NCBI GenBank assembly: GCA_963765495.1
Contig: CAVXWP010000008.1
Coordinates: 32,001-96,000 of the forward strand
DNA: 64,000 nucleotides
Source: Blastocatellia bacterium
GTDB taxonomy: Bacteria; Acidobacteriota; Blastocatellia; UBA7656
Direction: 5' to 3'
Part shown: piece after piece, positions 28,265 through 38,158 of the stretch
How positions within the stretch are numbered: position 1 is the stretch's first letter
Layout: each line of letters opens with the position of its first letter
Notes under the pieces: model-generated
What the model saw: only the letters and a program-made list of their open reading frames with translations
What the model was told of the DNA's origin: nothing
Databases searched by the model: none
Translations under genes and position numbers: made by a program

Positions 28265-30583
28265 TTGACCGGCGACGACAAACAATCACGGGAAGAGCAG
28301 CATATCAGCCCGACCCCCGGGCCGGGACTGACCGAGCAGGGCCGCAAACGGCTGACGACGATCATCATCCTCTCGATAGTGATGATGCTGCTTTTGCTGC
28401 TCCTTGTGGCGCAAAGCGGCTTTAATCTGAGCCCGCTCGTGATGCCCGAGACGGCAAGCGAAACGCTGCTGTTTTACGCGCTCTCTTCGCTGAATTTCCT
28501 CGCATTTGTAACTTTGCTCTTCGTCCTGCTGAGGAACGTCTTAAAGCTTGTGCGCGAACGCCGCGCCCACCGCCTCGGATCGAAGTTCAAGGCCCGGCTT
28601 GTGAGCTTTGCCATAGGTCTTTCGCTTTTGCCGGTACTGCTGCTTTTCTTCTTCGCCTATGGATTGCTCAACCGCAGCATAGACCGATGGTTTGGCGAGC
28701 CCGCTCGCCAGGTCGTAGACGATGCTCAGGCGATCAAGGATAGTTATTTCGAAAAAGAACAGGATGAACTTCTAAATGTAGCCCGCGCGATTTCAGACAA
28801 ATTGTCGCTTGCTTCGATCAAAGTTTACCGAAGCCCTCAGCTTGACGAGCTTTTCAGGCAGCAGATGGCCGTCCACAAAATTTCGCTCCTCCGGGTCGTA
28901 GCCCCCGCTGAGCACGTAACGATTCAGAGCGAAGACAGGAAGGTCGAACCTGAAATCGAAGAGACGCTTGAGGCGGCTGAACAGCAGACGCTTGCGGGGG
29001 ATTCTTTTTTTGCCGGAACCGATGAGGGAGACAGCCCTCAGGTGATATACATAGTCGCTGCCGTAAAATTAACGGATGCGCCGACCGATTCCCGGGTGTT
29101 AATTCTGGCGCGGCAGCTACCGCCCGAACTGACTCAACGCGCCGCAAATATCGCCGCTCAACACGCCGCTTTTTATAGCCTGAAGGGAAAGATCAAGCGC
29201 ATAAAGTCAATGTACATATTGTTACTGGCGGCGGTGACATTGCTTTTGATCTTCGCTGCAAGCTGGCTTGCCCTTTACGTGGCGCGAGGGATCACCGTAC
29301 CCATACAGGCGCTGGCCGAGGCTACGGATCGCGTTGCTCACGGCGACTTCGAGCACAGGGTAGAGACCGTGGCCGAAGATGAACTTGCCGCGCTTGTGAA
29401 TTCTTTCAATCAGATGGCGCAACAACTGGCTGAAAACCGCGAACGGCTGGAACGCGCCGCCGAGGCTTTGAGCCGTACGAATCTGGAACTCGATAATCGC
29501 CGTCTCTATATCGAAACCGTGCTTGAAACCCTGTCAACAGGAGTCATCTCGACGGACGAAAACGCAGGTATAGCCACGCTCAATCGCGCCGCGCAATACA
29601 TGCTCGCGCTTGATGAGAAGCCCGATGTAGGCACACCCATAAATCGCATCATAGCCGGGACTCAGGGCGACGAACTGGCTACGCTTTGCCGCCGCGCAAG
29701 GCGAAGCGAAACCGCGCAGGCTGAAATACAATACAGGCGAGCGGACGGAAGCACGCTGCATACGGCGACGACCGCCATAGCTTTGAGGGATTCGGAGGGG
29801 GCGCTTGGAGGGTGGGTCATCGTCATCGAGGATTTGACCGATTTGATACAGGCCGAGCGGGCCGCGGCCTGGAGCGAAGTCGCACGCCGCATGGCGCACG
29901 AGATAAAGAATCCCCTCACCCCGATTCAGCTATCGGCGGAACGAATCATCCGCAATTATCGCCGCGCAGAAGGGCGTCAATCCCACGCGCGCTTTGACCA
30001 GATAGTAAATGAAGGCACGGCGACAATCGTCCGCGAAGTCGCCGCCCTTCAGCGTATGGTCGAAGAGTTTTCGCGCTTTGCCCGTCTGCCCGAAGCTCGA
30101 CTGGTAGACTCCAAACTAAACGACGTTGTGAGAGATGCCGTCCGGCTCTACGATGAACGATTGAACGGGATCAGGATCGAATGTCGCCTGGCCGACGAAC
30201 TGCCTCAGCTAAGGCTCGACTGCGAGCAGGTCAAACGAGTGCTTGTGAACCTGATAGATAATGCGTTTGAGGCGCTGACCTCGAACTCTGCACAGGGCAA
30301 CGGTGTGAAGAGCCGTTCTGCGGGCGAGAAATGGATCAGGATCGAATCCAAATATTTGCACGGAACCGATGTAGTGCGGCTCATCGTATCCGACACCGGT
30401 CACGGAATAAGCCCCACTGACCGCGACAAGCTCTTTTTGCCCAAGTTTTCGACCCGCGACCGGGGCACAGGGCTGGGGCTGGCCATCGTGAGTCATATCA
30501 TCGCAGATCACAAGGGCCGCATCTGGGTTGAAGACAATAAGCCGCGCGGCGCGAGGTTTATCATCGAATTGCCCGTTCATTAA
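28265..30583 (+). CDS. NtrY-like sensor histidine kinase (TM, HAMP, PAS)
   Basis: AAWSEVARRMAHEIKNPLTPIQLSAER, N/G1/F/G2 boxes, SIDRWF. Confidence 0.9.
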   Translation: MTGDDKQSREEQHISPTPGPGLTEQGRKRLTTIIILSIVMMLLLLLLVAQSGFNLSPLVMPETASETLLFYALSSLNFLAFVTLLFVLLRNVLKLVRERRAHRLGSKFKARLVSFAIGLSLLPVLLLFFFAYGLLNRSIDRWFGEPARQVVDDAQAIKDSYFEKEQDELLNVARAISDKLSLASIKVYRSPQLDELFRQQMAVHKISLLRVVAPAEHVTIQSEDRKVEPEIEETLEAAEQQTLAGDSFFAGTDEGDSPQVIYIVAAVKLTDAPTDSRVLILARQLPPELTQRAANIAAQHAAFYSLKGKIKRIKSMYILLLAAVTLLLIFAASWLALYVARGITVPIQALAEATDRVAHGDFEHRVETVAEDELAALVNSFNQMAQQLAENRERLERAAEALSRTNLELDNRRLYIETVLETLSTGVISTDENAGIATLNRAAQYMLALDEKPDVGTPINRIIAGTQGDELATLCRRARRSETAQAEIQYRRADGSTLHTATTAIALRDSEGALGGWVIVIEDLTDLIQAERAAAWSEVARRMAHEIKNPLTPIQLSAERIIRNYRRAEGRQSHARFDQIVNEGTATIVREVAALQRMVEEFSRFARLPEARLVDSKLNDVVRDAVRLYDERLNGIRIECRLADELPQLRLDCEQVKRVLVNLIDNAFEALTSNSAQGNGVKSRSAGEKWIRIESKYLHGTDVVRLIVSDTGHGISPTDRDKLFLPKFSTRDRGTGLGLAIVSHIIADHKGRIWVEDNKPRGARFIIELPVH

Positions 30584-30601
30584 TCATACCGGAGGATCTT
30601 T

Positions 30602-32092
30602 ATGACCAGGAGCAAGAGCCTGATTCTTTCTATTATCCTGATGCTTGCAATGCTGTTGCCCGCGTCCGCGCAACAGCCCTCGGAGTCTCAAAAGGCGGCC
30701 GCTCAAATAGCCGGATCGGTTCTGGTCGAGGGCCAGGCCATGAGTTATCTGAGCCTGTTGTCTGATCGGTTCGGTCCCCGGTTGACCGGGTCCGCTTCAT
30801 ACAGGGGCTCAACCGAGTGGGCCATCGCGACCTTTCGCGCTATGGGAATTCAAAATGTGAAATTGGAGCCGTTTCAAATAGCAAATGCATGGGAGAGGGG
30901 AGCGGCGACCGGGCGAATTACAAGCCCCGTCGAGCGGACTCTGCATATTCAGTCGCTCGGCTGGACGCCTTCGACTCCGCCCGGGGGCATTAAGGGAGAG
31001 GTGAAAGAGCTTGATGACATTTCCTCCGAACATATCAAACAGGAGAGCGATGATATAAGAGGACACATCATTATGCTCGACCTGAGCAAGGTGTTTGCAG
31101 AGGGCATATCGGCATTTGGCCGTGTCATAGCCGCGCACAAAGAGCTAAAGGATGCAGGCGCTCTTGCCGTCATATGGCCCGATTTCGAAGCCAATAACGT
31201 GTTGAATGCTTTCTCGCCAAACTGGGGGACCGAAATCGCCCCGCTTCCCGTAGCTCAAATAGGCATGGAGGACGGCAAGCTCATTCGCCGTTTAGCTGAA
31301 TCGGGCGGGCCTACAAAACAGAAGCGGCACGAGGTACCGGTTGAGATCGAATTTCAATACGAGAACAGAGTGACGGGCCCGGTCGAGGTAAATAACGTCA
31401 TCGCTGAAATACCGGGTAGCGAGAAGCCCGACGAATGGATCATAATCGGGGCGCACCTCGATTCGTGGGATTACGGCACGGGCGCGCAGGATAACGGCTC
31501 GGGCGTTGCGATGGTGATGGAGGCCGCAAGGGCCATCGCCGCGTCGGGTCGCAAGCCTCGCCGCTCGATCAGGTTCGCTTTGTGGGGAGGAGAAGAGCAA
31601 GGGTTGCTCGGCTCTACGGCTTATGTTCACAAGCACTCGTCAGAACTCGGTAAATGCATCGCCGTCTTAAACACAGACAACGGCGCGGGCGAGCCGAAAG
31701 GCTGGAAGGTCGAAGGGCGAGAAGATGTAGCTCAAGCGTTGAAACCGATAAGCGAAACACTGCTGAAAGGTCTCGGCGGCAGCGGAATATCTATGGAACT
31801 CACGTTTGATACAGACCATGGCCCTTTTATGATCGAAGGCATTCCGGCCCTTGATCTGTGGGTTGATATGGAGCCTTACTCAAAGATTCATCACAAAACG
31901 AGCGATACTCTCGACAAGGTGAACGAGCATTACCTGACTACGGGAGCGGCGATCCTTGCCTTGACGGCCTTTACGGTTGCCGACAGCGCCGAACCGCTCG
32001 CGCCGAGAATAGATCATCAGGCCGTCGGAGACCTCTTGAAGAAAGCGAATCTGGAGGGATTCTTAAAAGCCGTCGGCGTCTGGAGCGAATGA
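30602..32092 (+). CDS. Secreted M28 metallopeptidase (carboxypeptidase Q-like)
   Basis: Signal peptide; GPRLTGS, GAHLDSWD, QDNGSG, GEEQG, HH..SD. Confidence 0.92.
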   Translation: MTRSKSLILSIILMLAMLLPASAQQPSESQKAAAQIAGSVLVEGQAMSYLSLLSDRFGPRLTGSASYRGSTEWAIATFRAMGIQNVKLEPFQIANAWERGAATGRITSPVERTLHIQSLGWTPSTPPGGIKGEVKELDDISSEHIKQESDDIRGHIIMLDLSKVFAEGISAFGRVIAAHKELKDAGALAVIWPDFEANNVLNAFSPNWGTEIAPLPVAQIGMEDGKLIRRLAESGGPTKQKRHEVPVEIEFQYENRVTGPVEVNNVIAEIPGSEKPDEWIIIGAHLDSWDYGTGAQDNGSGVAMVMEAARAIAASGRKPRRSIRFALWGGEEQGLLGSTAYVHKHSSELGKCIAVLNTDNGAGEPKGWKVEGREDVAQALKPISETLLKGLGGSGISMELTFDTDHGPFMIEGIPALDLWVDMEPYSKIHHKTSDTLDKVNEHYLTTGAAILALTAFTVADSAEPLAPRIDHQAVGDLLKKANLEGFLKAVGVWSE

Positions 32093-32198
32093 TACGTGAT
32101 ACGTGATACGTGATACGTGATACGTGGCTCATAGTTGGATTGCCTGTAATGGTCAATTTGTTAGTCTGGTTAATCACGAATCACGTATCACGTATCAC
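32090..32198. mobile_element. Family B heptamer-armed inverted-repeat element
   Basis: (TGATACG)x5 32090-32124 / (WATCACG)x~4 32172-32198; the first unit is the M28 stop. Confidence 0.75.
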
Positions 32199-32201
32199 TG
32201 T

Positions 32202-33059
32202 TTAGAGTTCGCCGTTAAGCACTATGTTATCTATCAGCCGCGTATCGCCGATGAATACGGCTATTGAAACGAGCGTGGGTTTATCAGGCGGGATCGTCTC
32301 GACCGGGTTGAGATTGATCGTATCGGTTATGGCCGCATAATCGAGCCGGGCTAACGGCTCGGACTCGATCACCGACCGCATCGAAGACAGGAGCTTCGCG
32401 CTGTCGCGTTCTCCGCTGTTGTAAAGAGTCCGGCATCGGTCAAGGGCGCGGCGCAAGACGGTAGCGGCCTTGCGCCCCTCGGTAGAGAGATATGCGTTGC
32501 GCGATGAAAGCGCCAGCCCATCTTCTTCGCGTACGGTCGGACCTACGACTATTTCCACATTCATAGCCAGATCGGCGACCATGCGTTTTAATATTATGAC
32601 CTGCTGCGCGTCTTTTCGCCCAAAGAAGGCGAAGTGAGGATGGACTATGTTGAAGAGTTTATTGACCACGGTCGTCACGCCGCGAAAATGGCCCGCTCGG
32701 CTCGCGCCTTCGAGTTTTTCGCTCAACCTTTCCACATAGACATAGGTTGAAAAACCTTCGGGGTAAATATCTTCGAGCGTAGGCGCGAAGATGAAATCCA
32801 CCCCCTGGGTAAAGGCGAGTTCGGCGTCTGCGGCGAGGTCACGCGGGTATTTATCGAAATCTTCATTGGGGCCAAACTGCGCCGGATTGACAAAGACCGA
32901 GGCCACAACGATATCGCACATATCGCGCGCCCGACCCATCAGCGACAGGTGACCTTCGTGCAGCGAGCCCATCGTCGGCACAAGCCCTATCTTTTGATTC
33001 TCGCCGCGAATCTCGCGCGCAATTGATGTCATCTTTGGGATGCGATTGATGATTTCCAT
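32202..33059 (-). CDS. panC: Pantoate--beta-alanine ligase
   Basis: PTMGSLHEGH, FVNPAQF, HFRGV, KDAQQ, GLALSSRN, RLIDN. Confidence 0.97.
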   Translation of the reverse strand: MEIINRIPKMTSIAREIRGENQKIGLVPTMGSLHEGHLSLMGRARDMCDIVVASVFVNPAQFGPNEDFDKYPRDLAADAELAFTQGVDFIFAPTLEDIYPEGFSTYVYVERLSEKLEGASRAGHFRGVTTVVNKLFNIVHPHFAFFGRKDAQQVIILKRMVADLAMNVEIVVGPTVREEDGLALSSRNAYLSTEGRKAATVLRRALDRCRTLYNSGERDSAKLLSSMRSVIESEPLARLDYAAITDTINLNPVETIPPDKPTLVSIAVFIGDTRLIDNIVLNGEL

Positions 33060-33062
33060 AAA

Positions 33063-33159
33063 CGTGATACGTGATTCGTGATACGTGATTCGTGCCTGTC
33101 AGGCAGATTGCTTGTTAAAGATAATTTTCGAGTCTGGTAAATCACGCATCACGTATCAC
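33063..33159. mobile_element. Family B element filling the panB-panC gap
   Basis: (CGTGATW)x4 / (ATCACGY)x3; core similar to the 32090 and 55446 copies. Confidence 0.75.
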
Positions 33160-33160
33160 T

Positions 33161-34054
33161 CTAATTGATCGGTCCAAGCGGCGGCATGGATTGTGAATGT
33201 TCTTCGTTTATCTCTACAACCGTGCCTTCGGGCAGGTGGTAGCTCTCCTCTTCGGCAGGGAAGCGGCGAGTATTTACATCATCTCGATAGCTCTTTAATG
33301 CGTCGGCTATGACGGTTTTTACATCGGCATACTTGCGCACGAACTTGGCCGTATGACCGAAGGTGAGTCCGACAAGATCGCTAAAGACAAGTATCTGTCC
33401 GTCGCAGCAGATCCCCGCGCCTATTCCAATTGTAGGCACGCTGACGCGATCCGTAATGAGCCGTGAAATTTCTGCCGGGATGCCTTCAAGCACGATGGCA
33501 AAAGCTCCGGCGCGATCCAGGGCTAACGCGTCTTCAATCAATTCGCGGGCCGCATCGAGCGTCTTCCCCTGAACGCGGTAGCCACCCATTCGCAAGACCG
33601 ATTGAGGTGTGAGGCCGATGTGTCCCATCACAGGGATTTCAGAATCCACTATGGCCTTGACTACGTGAGCGCGGCGCGCGCCGCCTTCGATCTTGATAGC
33701 CTCAGCCCCGCCTTCCTTGACGAATCTGATAGCCGACTCAAGGGCGCGTTCCGAATTCTCTGTGTAAGTGCCGAAAGGCATATCGCCGACTATGAGCGCG
33801 TGATGCGCTCCGCGCCTTACGGCCCGTGTAGCGGCTATCATCTCGTCGAGCGTGACCGGCAGCGTCGTATCATAACCGAGTACGGTTTGTGCCAGACTGT
33901 CACCCACCAGTATGAAATCGAATCCCGCTTCGTCGACGAGTCGCGCGCTTGGATAGTCATATGCCGTAAGCGCAACTATCGGCGCTCCGCCTTTGCGGGC
34001 GCGAATCATTGGAGCCGTAATTTTCTTGGGTTTGTTTTCGGTGATATGACTCAT
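33161..34054 (-). CDS. panB: 3-methyl-2-oxobutanoate hydroxymethyltransferase
   Basis: LTAYD, LVGDSL, DMPFG, KIEGG, HIGLTPQ, IGIGAG..CDGQ. Confidence 0.97.
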   Translation of the reverse strand: MSHITENKPKKITAPMIRARKGGAPIVALTAYDYPSARLVDEAGFDFILVGDSLAQTVLGYDTTLPVTLDEMIAATRAVRRGAHHALIVGDMPFGTYTENSERALESAIRFVKEGGAEAIKIEGGARRAHVVKAIVDSEIPVMGHIGLTPQSVLRMGGYRVQGKTLDAARELIEDALALDRAGAFAIVLEGIPAEISRLITDRVSVPTIGIGAGICCDGQILVFSDLVGLTFGHTAKFVRKYADVKTVIADALKSYRDDVNTRRFPAEEESYHLPEGTVVEINEEHSQSMPPLGPIN

Positions 34055-34128
34055 CGGAAAGTGTCCTCCTGCTCACCGTATCGTTCCAGAATACGGCTTG
34101 ATTATAGGCCATTCGATGAGGTTTGCAA

Positions 34129-34313
34129 CAGGGGGCCGGGGTTCGGGGGCCAGGGGCCGGTGATGCTAAAGCGAACATGAGATTGATTTGGACAAACCAT
34201 CTACACGCCGCATTCGCCTCAGTTGTGCTTTTCTATCCCCTGATAATGTAGTCGAATTTAACCGACGATAGACTTGACCAGACCGGTCCCTGACCCCCGA
34301 ACCCCGGCCCCTG
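34129..34313. mobile_element. Family F element, GGGGCC-type heptamer arms
   Basis: CAGGGGGCCGGGGTTCGGGGGCCAGGGGCCGGT / near-complementary 34282-34313; ~120-nt spacer. Confidence 0.7.
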
Positions 34314-34318
34314 CTTTG

Positions 34319-34873
34319 TTATTTCTTCGTTCCGGTTCGCGCTGCTGACGCCTGTTTGCCTGCCGTCATCTCGATGATGTTCAGGCAGAATACAGGGAGA
34401 TCGTCTGGCTTGCGCGAGGTGATAAAGTTTTTATCAATTACGCAGGCTTCGTCTGTCCATTCGGCACCTGCGTTTATCACATCGTCTTTTATTGAGTGCC
34501 ACGATGTCATGTGTCTGTCCTTGCAGAGACCCGCCGAAACCAGCACCCACGGCGCATGGCATATGGCGGCAACGGGTTTGCCCGCTTTGGCCATCTCGCG
34601 CACAAGACGCAGTACGTTTTTGTCGGTCCTCAAATGATCCGGGCCGTACCCTCCGGGGATGACAACGGCGTCAAAATCATCCGCCTTGCACTTGTCTACG
34701 GTCTTGTCGGGTTCGGCCGGCAATCCGTGTTTGCCGTATACGGTCTCGTCGGACAATCCCGCAAGCGTCACTTCCGCCCCCTCACCCTGCAAGGTGAGAC
34801 GCGGGAAATGTAACTCCATGTCCTCGAAACCCTCTGCTGCAAACATCAATATCTTTTTGCCTTTTAATCTCAT
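34319..34873 (-). CDS. pfpI: PfpI/DJ-1 family protein
   Basis: FEDME, IPGG, AAICHAP, ITSRKPDD; AAGGAG RBS. Confidence 0.88.
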   Translation of the reverse strand: MRLKGKKILMFAAEGFEDMELHFPRLTLQGEGAEVTLAGLSDETVYGKHGLPAEPDKTVDKCKADDFDAVVIPGGYGPDHLRTDKNVLRLVREMAKAGKPVAAICHAPWVLVSAGLCKDRHMTSWHSIKDDVINAGAEWTDEACVIDKNFITSRKPDDLPVFCLNIIEMTAGKQASAARTGTKK

Positions 34874-35107
34874 TCTGTTCTCCTTTCAAGTTGCATTTGT
34901 TCATGTTTCAAACACACGGCTCTTTGACCGTATGGACTTCACACGGTCAAAACAAGTTATTCGCTTGTAGGAGTCGTGATGCTTCAACGGGGTTAATAAA
35001 AAGCAAAAAGCGTGCCTGTAATGATTGAGCAGGAAAGAGTTACCGTTCTTCGAAGGTTTTCGCGGCAGCTCCCGGCGTCAGGCGGGTGTAAAAAGAAAAA
35101 GTTCGGC

Positions 35108-36397
35108 TCATCCGAAGAAACCCAGGTTTGGATACTGCCCCCCAAGCACCGCTCGGGAATCGGAGTCGAGCCAGTCGTCGAGGATTGTGGCATACACTTC
35201 GCGGAAATCCACCGTAAATCCCGGGTTTCCCGCATCGTCCAGGTTTGCCTCGGCAAGCGAAGGTTGCTCGCCATAGATTCCACCCTTCACGCCGTTTCCG
35301 ATTATGAACATAACTCCGGCGGTTCCGTGGTCGGTTCCGAACGAGGCGTTTTCGCCCGGTCGCCTGCCAAACTCGGACCATTGCATCATCACGAGATTGT
35401 CGGCCAGCCCGTGTTCGGCTATGTCGTCGTAGAAGGCTTTTACGGCCTCGGAAAACCAGTTGAGAAGCAATGCATGGTCGCCGCTCGTCTTGTCGGGAGT
35501 GCCGTCGGTGTGAGCTATCTGGTCGGCGTGATTATCGAATCCGCCCATCTCGACGTAGAGCAGATTTGCCGAAGGCAGGGTTGTGATTATCTGGGCAGCC
35601 ATACGCAGAGTGTAGGCCAGAGGGTTGTCGGGATATGCGATTGTTGAGTTGTAGCTGCCGACAGCCGCCTGCACCTGACCTGCGCCCTGTACCGCGTCAA
35701 ATCCCGTGCCGGTTATCGCGTCTGCGAATGTCGAATCGTTGAAGCTTCGGGTGTAGAGCGAATTGAACGCGTTTAGCTGATTGGTGTAATCGCCCGGGTA
35801 CGCCCCGTCGGTCAGGAAATTGTAGAGATCGAAATTCAGGATGTTTGGCACGACCACCTTTTTGGAACTGAGCGTTTTCGGCAACTCGCCGGTAAAGGAG
35901 GCGGCCGGGAATCCCGGTTTTCCTAGAAGGGCGAGGTTTGCATATTTGCCGAGCCAGCCTTCGCCCGCAAGCCCGCTCAAATCGGCCGTGTGCCAGATGT
36001 CCATCGAGAGGAAATGCGATAGATTCGGATCGGGGTATCCAGCGCCTCGCACTATCGCGACCCGGCCAGCGTCGTAAAGGTCCTTGATTTCGCTCAGACC
36101 GGGGTGCAATCCGTGTTCATTCGATATTATCATCGAGCGCCCGCGATCATCTTTGAGTTCCGTGTCTTTGAATGCAAGCATTGGCCGCAGGTTGAAATAG
36201 TTGGAATCGGTGTAAGGCACGAGCGTGTTTATGGCATCGTTGCCGCCCGAAAACTGAATGACTACGAATATCTTGCGGCTTGCCGCGGGAGGGTTTGATT
36301 GAGCGCGCGCCGATGAGAGCCATAGCTTCGGCGCGATGAGCCCGAGCGTTGCCATCCCAGCGCCCTGTTTTATAAATCGTCTTCTGCTGATCGCCAT
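35108..36397 (-). CDS. DUF1501 family Tat-exported protein
   Basis: SRRRFIK, GGNDAIN, SHF, GGFDNH, SEFGRR, GTDHG, DFREVY. Confidence 0.9.
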   Translation of the reverse strand: MAISRRRFIKQGAGMATLGLIAPKLWLSSARAQSNPPAASRKIFVVIQFSGGNDAINTLVPYTDSNYFNLRPMLAFKDTELKDDRGRSMIISNEHGLHPGLSEIKDLYDAGRVAIVRGAGYPDPNLSHFLSMDIWHTADLSGLAGEGWLGKYANLALLGKPGFPAASFTGELPKTLSSKKVVVPNILNFDLYNFLTDGAYPGDYTNQLNAFNSLYTRSFNDSTFADAITGTGFDAVQGAGQVQAAVGSYNSTIAYPDNPLAYTLRMAAQIITTLPSANLLYVEMGGFDNHADQIAHTDGTPDKTSGDHALLLNWFSEAVKAFYDDIAEHGLADNLVMMQWSEFGRRPGENASFGTDHGTAGVMFIIGNGVKGGIYGEQPSLAEANLDDAGNPGFTVDFREVYATILDDWLDSDSRAVLGGQYPNLGFFG

Positions 36398-36410
36398 AGC
36401 CACACTCCTT

Positions 36411-37838
36411 CTAATTTAACTGGAACTCTGTCGAGCACATCAAAAGGTGAATCAAACCGCGCATCTTTTTGTCTATGGTCAGGTCATCACGGATGAACTT
36501 GACCGGATTCCCCGCGTCGTCTCTCTCAAGGTAATCGCCGAGCGTAGCCAGTCCCGCTTCATCCATTTCGAGAGGCCCGAGTTTTGACAAAAGTTTTTTG
36601 AGCGTCTTGGCGGTCTTCTTCTTGGCGAACTTCTTCAGTTGCCCCTGAGAGAAAAAGACGCCCGGTTGATTTCGTCTGTCAGATCGGTTGATCGTGAGAT
36701 AATCGGCGAAGGTGAAACGGTTGAGCAGCGAAGCCGTGTTTACCCATCCAAGATTGAGATGCCAGCCCGCCACATCGGGCGGGCGGAAGAGTTCCTGTCC
36801 CAGAAAGGTAGAGAAGAAGCCGAGCGGATTTTCGCCCTGCTTGAATGTCCCCGGAACATACTGAGCGCCCGACATGCGAATCGCGCCTACGATGTACTCG
36901 ACCGGAGATTTTACGAGGCCGAAACGCGCCCTTGCGCTGAAGAACTCATCTGAAACGAATATGGCGCGGGCCAGTTCCCTGATCGAATGGTTTTTACTCA
37001 GATAAACGTTTGCAAACTTCTCGATGGTCGCGCTGTCTTCCGGCGTCTGGAGCGGATAGACGAAAAACTCGAAGAACTTCTTCACCACGAAACGCGAGGT
37101 CGCCGGGCGAGCCGCAATTACGGTAATAACGTCATCGCCGTTGAAGTTTGCCGTCTGCCCGTAAATTGTCTTCGATGCGCTGTCGTGAAGATCGGGATTG
37201 ACTGTGAAGTTCCACTTGAAAAAATCCCCCCTCGTGGGGAATATCTGCCATCCCGTAAAGGCCCTGGCTATCTCTTTGACATCCTGCTCGGTGTAATTCG
37301 ACTCGCCCGTGACGACATCGGTGATGCCCATCGAGAAGAGTTCCTGAAGCTCGCGGGCAAAGTTTTCGTTTGGCATCCCCCGGAAACTCGTGATCCCGTC
37401 AAGCCAGATGAGCATGGCCGGGTCACGAGCTACTTCCAGCATCAGATCGTCAAAGCGGTCGAGGCCGTGTTTTCTGAGCGTCAGATTCTGGATATACATG
37501 AAAAGCTCGGGCACTTTTGTCACCGAGGTAGCAAAATGGTTATGCCAGAACAGCGTTATCTTCTCTTCAAACTGCCGCCGGGTAAAGACCATCCGGGTAA
37601 ACCACCATCGTTGCAGCTCGGACAGATTGAAACGGGGAAAGTCAGTCGGGTCGGAAAAATCGAAACTCTGTTCGAGTATGCTTTCCATCTGGCTGTTGTC
37701 AATCTGGGTATAGCCGAGAAGGTAATCGACAGCTCCTTCGCGGCCCCGCGCTACAAGATCATTTATCTCGCCCGGGGTTCCGCCAAAACCACAGCGGCGG
37801 AGCAAGTGAGCCGCTTCGTTAAAGGTGATGCTTGCCAT
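36411..37838 (-). CDS. DUF1800 family protein
   Basis: HLLRRCGFG, LFWHNHFAT, PNENFARELQELF, ARAFTGW, PPDVAGW. Confidence 0.9.
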   Translation of the reverse strand: MASITFNEAAHLLRRCGFGGTPGEINDLVARGREGAVDYLLGYTQIDNSQMESILEQSFDFSDPTDFPRFNLSELQRWWFTRMVFTRRQFEEKITLFWHNHFATSVTKVPELFMYIQNLTLRKHGLDRFDDLMLEVARDPAMLIWLDGITSFRGMPNENFARELQELFSMGITDVVTGESNYTEQDVKEIARAFTGWQIFPTRGDFFKWNFTVNPDLHDSASKTIYGQTANFNGDDVITVIAARPATSRFVVKKFFEFFVYPLQTPEDSATIEKFANVYLSKNHSIRELARAIFVSDEFFSARARFGLVKSPVEYIVGAIRMSGAQYVPGTFKQGENPLGFFSTFLGQELFRPPDVAGWHLNLGWVNTASLLNRFTFADYLTINRSDRRNQPGVFFSQGQLKKFAKKKTAKTLKKLLSKLGPLEMDEAGLATLGDYLERDDAGNPVKFIRDDLTIDKKMRGLIHLLMCSTEFQLN

Positions 37839-38121
37839 AACAATGTCTCCCGAAGATGAGAGGCCGCCGGCACGAGCGAGCGCCGGGGTGTTCCGTTACA
37901 TTATCCCCTAGCAATTACGCCCGTCAGTATACTACAGGTTGCAATTAAAAGCAGGTTGACATTCCCTGGCAGTTTGAGTAGGCTCAATCTGTTTGAACCA
38001 TCTCATACTTTGGCCGGGGTGCCCTCCCTATCGCAGGACGGCCTTTTTTTCAAGCCCTGCAAATACTTCAAGATCTTTCTATCTGATGGACCGAATCCGG
38101 GATCACTGATTCCGGCCCATC

Positions 38122-38149
38122 TGAGATCTTATATCTCAAATCTCAAATC
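38122..38149. repeat. Family C remnant after the pcrA stop
   Basis: TGAGAT...ATCTCAA ATCTCAA ATC. Confidence 0.6.
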
Positions 38150-38158
38150 CGAAGCCTT

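Noticed and set aside
32090-33159. Repeat clusters as a CRISPR array
   Set aside because: Units are 7 nt, tandem and inverted; there is no repeat-spacer series and no cas gene.
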